In this document: piece after piece, positions 1 through 2,994 of the stretch
How the letters are laid out: each line of letters opens with the position of its first letter
How positions within the stretch are numbered: the first letter of the stretch is position 1
DNA from: a virus
Lineage: Duplodnaviria; Heunggongvirae; Uroviricota; Caudoviricetes
IMG/VR virus record: IMGVR_UViG_2579779084_000015
DNA: 2,994 bases
Reading direction: 5' to 3' (one strand)
Translations under genes and position numbers: made by a program
The notes under the pieces: generated by a model
Told to the model about the DNA's origin: nothing
The model's input: only the letters and a program-made list of their open reading frames with translations
The model's database searches: none

Positions 1-1005
1 TTAATCCTCCGTGGACACTGCGTGGACACTTACGCCACCTTTCAGCGGATTAAGGGCCACCGCATCCTGCAGGTAATCCGGTGCAAAATGCGCATATGCC
101 ATTGTTTGCTGAATGGTTGCGTGACCAAGAATCTTCTGAAGCGCAATAATGTTTCCTCCGTTCATCACAAAATGGCTGGCGAACGTATGCCGCAGCACAT
201 GTGCAGCCTGGCCTTTTGGTAAATCGGGCTTAACTCTTTTCAGCGCCAGGCAGAATTCCCGGTACTTCACCTCAAACAAGCCGCCTGTTTCTCTGGTTTT
301 GATCGCCTCACAAACTGCCTGCGAAATTGGCACTGTTCTCTTCCGGCCATTTTTGGTTTCAAGAAACGTTACACGGTTATGAACTATCTGTTCACCACGA
401 AGCTTACAAGCTTCACTCCAGCGCGCCCCTGTGCTTAAACACAAAAGCGCAACACGCCAGTAGTCGCCCTCCAGTGTATCGAGCAATAGCGCCACTTCCT
501 TCTGTGACAGGAACGCCATTTCTCGTGGAGATACATAAAGAATAGAAATTCCCCTTACTGGATGTTCTGCATCCCAAAGACCTATTTTTTTCAGCACGGT
601 AAACATTCCGGATAACCGATTCATGTACCTGTTAGCAGATGACGGTTTCAATCCATCAGCTATCTTTTGAGAACGCCACGCGATAATTTTCAGCTTATCA
701 AGATCCACAGCCTGCATATCAGCGCCAAGCTCATTAATTATGTTGCGCAGTTGTTTTCGGTCTTCTTCCGCCTTACGCCTGTGCTGGCCGTGATACATCC
801 ACCACAACTCAAGCAAATCATTTAGCGTTCGACGATCACGGTAGCCCTGTATATATTCCCGCTTTTCAGCGTTCGCCATGATGTAGCGTTCAGTGGCCAC
901 CGCTACCGATTTTTTGTCAAATACCTTACGCACGCGCTTTCCCTTGCGTCCGTTCGGCCTGATGTCCAGCAAATAACGACCATCTTCGAGCTTCTTAATC
1001 GACAT
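1..1005 (-). CDS. int: P2-family phage integrase (tyrosine site-specific recombinase)
   Basis: 334-aa ORF from ATG at 1005..1003, preceded by the SD GGAGGG (minus-strand sense, about 7 nt upstream); stop TAA at 3..1. The N-terminus MSIKKLEDGRYLLDIRPNGRKGKRVRKVFDKKS closely matches my recollection of the P2 Int N-terminus. Catalytic-region motifs of tyrosine recombinases are visible: LSTGARWSEA, HVLRHTFASHF and the tyrosine-containing TMAYAHFAPDYLQ. The track's TTG start at 1020 adds 5 residues with no RBS and is not preferred. Confidence 0.93.
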   Translation of the reverse strand: MSIKKLEDGRYLLDIRPNGRKGKRVRKVFDKKSVAVATERYIMANAEKREYIQGYRDRRTLNDLLELWWMYHGQHRRKAEEDRKQLRNIINELGADMQAVDLDKLKIIAWRSQKIADGLKPSSANRYMNRLSGMFTVLKKIGLWDAEHPVRGISILYVSPREMAFLSQKEVALLLDTLEGDYWRVALLCLSTGARWSEACKLRGEQIVHNRVTFLETKNGRKRTVPISQAVCEAIKTRETGGLFEVKYREFCLALKRVKPDLPKGQAAHVLRHTFASHFVMNGGNIIALQKILGHATIQQTMAYAHFAPDYLQDAVALNPLKGGVSVHAVSTED

Positions 1006-1101
1006 TACGAAGCCCTCCAATGAACCGCTCTACAATTTCTCCAGCCTCTTTCCAGCAATAATCAGACCAGACAAAAAGCAGGTCTAACCAGTTTTCTGGC
1101 C

Positions 1102-1689
1102 TCAGCGGGATAATTTTTGTTTTGTTTCGGTTGAACTCTGATCGCCCTCCGAATCGAAGAAGCCATCAAGAGAGAGAGGCGGAGCAATCTGCCCCGTAGC
1201 AGCATTAACTTGATTAAACATCACCCAATCCGAATACTTCCGAAAACGAGGGTGATTCAAAATCAGGAGTAACGTTTCTCCAGGTATCATTCTTCCCAAT
1301 ATTTCATAATTTTTGAGATTGTTTTGAGATACCCCTGTCACCTCTTCCATCGCTCTACGCGACAATCCCTCTGCCTCTCGAATCAGGCGGAGTTTTTCTC
1401 CAAGCTCAGATACCACTTCAGATCCATTACCAGCCAATGGCGTGGGTTCAATTTGCCCATTATCTGGAGACACTTGCCCAGTCATAAGCCAAAGTGCGTA
1501 TTTTTTGAACCTATCAATCTGTAAAACTCGCTCAACCAACTCTGCTCTAGCAGGCTGATGACCTGTTTCATATTTCTGAATAGTATTAAGTGGAATCCCT
1601 GTAATATCAGAGAATTGACGTCTGCTTAACTCTTCCGCCTCCCTCATTCTCATGAGCCTTTGCGAATAGTCTATTGACACGTTTCTCAT
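1102..1689 (-). CDS. Immunity repressor built from two tandem P2 C-like helix-turn-helix modules (single-chain pseudo-dimer)
   Basis: 195-aa ORF from ATG 1689..1687 (MRNVSIDYSQRLMRMREAEELSRRQF...), with the SD AAGGAG at 1707..1702 (12-nt spacing, somewhat long); stop TGA at 1104..1102. Residues about 1-95 and about 100-195 each align to the roughly 99-aa P2 C repressor as I recall it (LMRKSEYLSRQQLADLTGVP...FTKYTLWFMTNQIAPESGQIAP). Module 1: LMRMREAEELSRRQFSDITGIP...RFKKYALWLMTGQVSPDNGQIEP. Module 2: LRLIREAEGLSRRAMEEVTGVS...RFRKYSDWVMFNQVNAATGQIAP. It sits where C sits in P2, between int and a divergent cox. Confidence 0.8.
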   Translation of the reverse strand: MRNVSIDYSQRLMRMREAEELSRRQFSDITGIPLNTIQKYETGHQPARAELVERVLQIDRFKKYALWLMTGQVSPDNGQIEPTPLAGNGSEVVSELGEKLRLIREAEGLSRRAMEEVTGVSQNNLKNYEILGRMIPGETLLLILNHPRFRKYSDWVMFNQVNAATGQIAPPLSLDGFFDSEGDQSSTETKQKLSR

Positions 1690-1703
1690 GTGAGAAATAT
1701 ACT
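1674..1703 (+). promoter_or_regulatory. Candidate early promoter (Pe-like) directing rightward transcription toward cox: -35 TTGACA (1674-1679), 18-bp spacer, -10 TATACT (1698-1703)
   Basis: The -35 is a perfect consensus and the -10 matches TATAAT at 5 of 6, read directly from the sequence. The -35 lies inside the 5' end of the repressor coding sequence and the -10 overlaps the repressor SD on the opposite strand. This fits the face-to-face Pe/Pc arrangement known for P2 and 186. The predicted start site is near 1710. Confidence 0.5.
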
Positions 1704-1722
1704 CCTTTCTAAATTGAGAAAT
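1691..1722. promoter_or_regulatory. Candidate repressor operator: two 8-bp direct repeats TGAGAAAT (1691-1698 and 1715-1722), 24 bp centre-to-centre, flanking the -10 of the candidate Pe
   Basis: Two exact 8-bp direct repeats, seen in sequence. In P2 the C operator is a pair of 8-bp direct repeats flanking the Pe -10 at about two helical turns; this arrangement is analogous. Assigning them to the repressor is inference. Confidence 0.4.
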
Positions 1723-1740
1723 GCAAGAACAACTCAAATA

Positions 1741-1780
1741 GCCAAAATAAGCCTATATAAGCCATTTTTGGCCATTTGGA
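1741..1780. repeat. Four tandem 10-bp-phased repeats GCC-N7 (GCCAAAATAA GCCTATATAA GCCATTTTTG GCCATTTGGA); candidate Cox-box array and/or Pc region
   Basis: GCC recurs at exactly 10-bp intervals four times (1741, 1751, 1761, 1771), each followed by an A/T-rich heptamer, so the units sit on one face of the helix. P2 Cox is known to bind multiple directly repeated cox-boxes with helical periodicity in the Pe/Pc region. The array lies between the candidate Pe start site and the cox start codon. Confidence 0.4.
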
Positions 1781-1801
1781 CGAATTAAGGAGATTACCAC
1801 A

Positions 1802-2089
1802 ATGAGCGAATCAGAGCTTGAGGGGTTCATTCAGGTAGCACCATATCCACTTGAAGCGGTGCCATATCAACTATTTGCCAAGATGATTGGCCGCAAAGAA
1901 TCAACCGTCAGAACCATGATTGACGCCGCAAAGCTACCAACAATTGACTTTGTAAAACCGGGTTCAGCAAAGACGCGAGCATCAGAAAACTGGGTATATC
2001 TGCCAGCATTTAACGCAGGTATGCGCAAAGCATTTTTTGATCAGCCGAAAGAGCGCCGCGACGCATGGTTGCTCTGGCTGGGTCTTTGA
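1802..2089 (+). CDS. cox: Cox-like excisionase / directionality factor and switch regulator (P2 Cox family)
   Basis: 95-aa ORF starting at ATG 1802, with SD AAGGAG at 1787-1792 (9-nt spacing); stop TGA at 2087-2089. The sequence ...VPYQLFAKMIGRKESTVRTMIDAAKLPTIDFVKPGSAKTRASENWVYLPAFNAGMRKAFFDQPKERRDAWLLWLGL matches my recollection of P2 Cox (...IPYQEFAKLIG...MID.GKLPVID...WVYLPAWNNG...PKEIRDGWLMWLGL). It is divergent from the repressor, as in P2. Confidence 0.88.
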   Translation: MSESELEGFIQVAPYPLEAVPYQLFAKMIGRKESTVRTMIDAAKLPTIDFVKPGSAKTRASENWVYLPAFNAGMRKAFFDQPKERRDAWLLWLGL

Positions 2090-2100
2090 CGAGGATTTTT

Positions 2101-2442
2101 ATGAGACAACAACGTAATTCACGCTTTCGCAATGGCGCAGAACGCCATGCTAACCGTTTCGCTACCAGTGCATCACGCAGCAGCTCTCGCTACAGCCTGA
2201 GCGAAACACACGCAACGCCGGATGGCTACCCAGTAAAACAAATCGGCGAGCATACCTGGCTGATTGAGAAAGCTGGAATCGTGGTCCACAAATGCCCACG
2301 CAATCCGTTTACCGGAAACCGCATTTTTGCACTGAGCAGCGGCGACAATCAGTTCGGGCAGGATTTCACATTATACGAAGCACTTCGCACGGTTGATCGT
2401 CTGCTTCGCGGGCAAAGTTTTATTAAACAGGCTGATTTATAA
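2101..2442 (+). CDS. Hypothetical early-operon protein with an Arg/Ser-rich N-terminal tail (113 aa)
   Basis: ATG at 2101 preceded by SD GAGGA (2091-2095, 5-nt spacing), 11 nt after the cox stop; stop TAA at 2440-2442. The N-terminus MRQQRNSRFRNGAERHANRFATSASRSSSRYS is strongly basic and serine-rich. The track's upstream ATG at 2065 overlaps cox, has no SD and is not preferred. I do not recognise the family. Confidence 0.7.
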   Translation: MRQQRNSRFRNGAERHANRFATSASRSSSRYSLSETHATPDGYPVKQIGEHTWLIEKAGIVVHKCPRNPFTGNRIFALSSGDNQFGQDFTLYEALRTVDRLLRGQSFIKQADL

Positions 2443-2452
2443 CAGGTGCTTT

Positions 2453-2740
2453 ATGACCAAAGACCATGCACAAGGTGTATTTATCCGTTTTATTGATTTT
2501 CGCGGTGAACTGTTATTACGTGCATCCGCTATTGACGGAGTGACTCCGGCGGGTAAAAACGGAGCCGACGAAGCCACTTACGTTTATCTGAACGGCACGC
2601 GACTGCTTGTGGAACTTCCGTACCAGACCGTACGAGAAATCATTAGCGAAGCTGAAAAGGCACGCCAGGTTAATGGCGATGAACCCTATATCGAAATTAT
2701 TTGTATGGATTCAGAAGCTGAAATACAGAAAGCAGATTAA
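2453..2740 (+). CDS. Hypothetical early-operon protein (95 aa, acidic C-terminus)
   Basis: ATG at 2453, 10 nt after the upstream stop, with a weak SD AGGTG (2444-2448); stop TAA at 2738-2740. Same strand and close spacing as its neighbours suggests translational coupling in the early operon. The track's start at 2393 would overlap the upstream gene in another frame without an RBS. I do not recognise the family. Confidence 0.68.
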   Translation: MTKDHAQGVFIRFIDFRGELLLRASAIDGVTPAGKNGADEATYVYLNGTRLLVELPYQTVREIISEAEKARQVNGDEPYIEIICMDSEAEIQKAD

Positions 2741-2751
2741 AGGGCGTTGTG

Positions 2752-2994
2752 ATGGGCAAAGAATATAAAACTCTCATTAACAAAGCACTTGAGCGTTTTT
2801 ATTTTCGCTTAAGTGCATCAGGCGCTCATGCTGAACGTGCAGCCCGTGACTCATTGACCAGAGCAATCCGAAGTCTGTATGACGTGGCTTTTTACGCTGA
2901 TGATCTGGATGCACTTAACGAACTTTCCGAGCTAATCTGTGCCGCAGAATGCGGGGAACATATTGAACCGTATAAGCTGGGGAATATCGCATGA
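2752..2994 (+). CDS. Hypothetical early-operon protein (80 aa)
   Basis: ATG at 2752 (GTG at 2749 is an alternative), with SD-like AGGG at 2741-2744; stop TGA at 2992-2994, exactly at the window end. It follows the preceding ORF by 11 nt on the same strand. I do not recognise the family. Confidence 0.65.
   Translation: MGKEYKTLINKALERFYFRLSASGAHAERAARDSLTRAIRSLYDVAFYADDLDALNELSELICAAECGEHIEPYKLGNIA

Noticed and set aside
22-545. Three plus-strand ORFs in the track (22-222, 149-382, 327-545)
   Set aside because: They lie antisense within the well-supported integrase gene, have no RBS and give low-complexity products with no recognisable motifs; they are shadow ORFs.
1006-1020. TTG start extending the integrase by 5 residues (MEGFV...)
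   Set aside because: The ATG at 1005..1003 has a strong GGAGGG Shine-Dalgarno at ideal spacing, and the P2 Int N-terminus aligns from MSIKK; the TTG itself lies within or next to that SD.
1064-1085. Hairpin AGACC-N12-GGTCT as an intrinsic terminator between the repressor and integrase
   Set aside because: The stem is short (5 bp), the loop is large and no U-tract follows; in P2 int is co-transcribed with the repressor, so a terminator here is not expected.
1324-1524. Plus-strand 66-aa ORF inside the repressor gene
   Set aside because: Antisense shadow ORF within the repressor CDS, with no RBS and no recognisable features.
1690-1737. TTG start extending the repressor by 16 residues (MSCSCISQFRKEYISH...)
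   Set aside because: There is no RBS upstream of the TTG. The extension would run through the repressor's own SD and the TGAGAAAT operator repeats, and the P2 C alignment begins at the ATG at 1689.
1741-1780. Possible CRISPR or mobile-element repeat array
   Set aside because: The units are only 10 bp, contiguous and degenerate apart from the GCC anchor, with no spacers and no cas or transposase genes nearby; a phased protein-binding array in the switch region explains them better.
1744-1783. A confident call for the leftward repressor promoter (Pc)
   Set aside because: Only weak -10-like hexamers (TATATA, TATTTT) without an acceptable -35 were found on the minus strand, so I did not annotate a Pc; it may be weak or activator-dependent.
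2065-2100. Upstream ATG at 2065 for the first post-cox ORF, overlapping the cox 3' end
   Set aside because: There is no SD and it overlaps the cox coding sequence in another frame; the ATG at 2101 has a GAGGA SD at 5-nt spacing.
2393-2452. Upstream start at 2393 for the second post-cox ORF
   Set aside because: It would overlap the preceding gene by 50 nt without an RBS and add a hydrophobic, low-complexity extension; the ATG at 2453 sits just after the upstream stop.

Overview
This window looks like the immunity/early arm of a P2-family temperate phage or prophage, with the gene order int, C, switch, cox, early ORFs. On the minus strand there is a P2-like tyrosine integrase (1-1005) and a 195-aa immunity repressor (1102-1689) made of two tandem P2-C-like modules. 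The AT-rich switch region (1690-1801) holds a near-consensus rightward sigma70 promoter (TTGACA-N18-TATACT) whose -10 is flanked by two TGAGAAAT direct repeats, followed by four GCC-N7 repeats phased at 10 bp. On the plus strand there is a P2 Cox-like excisionase/regulator (1802-2089) and three tightly packed small early ORFs of unknown function (2101-2442, 2453-2740, 2752-2994). I see no rRNA or tRNA genes, CRISPR arrays or transposases. The most unusual feature is the tandem-duplicated, single-chain C-type repressor and the repeat architecture next to it. All homology statements come from recalled family sequences and in-window motifs; no database search was run.
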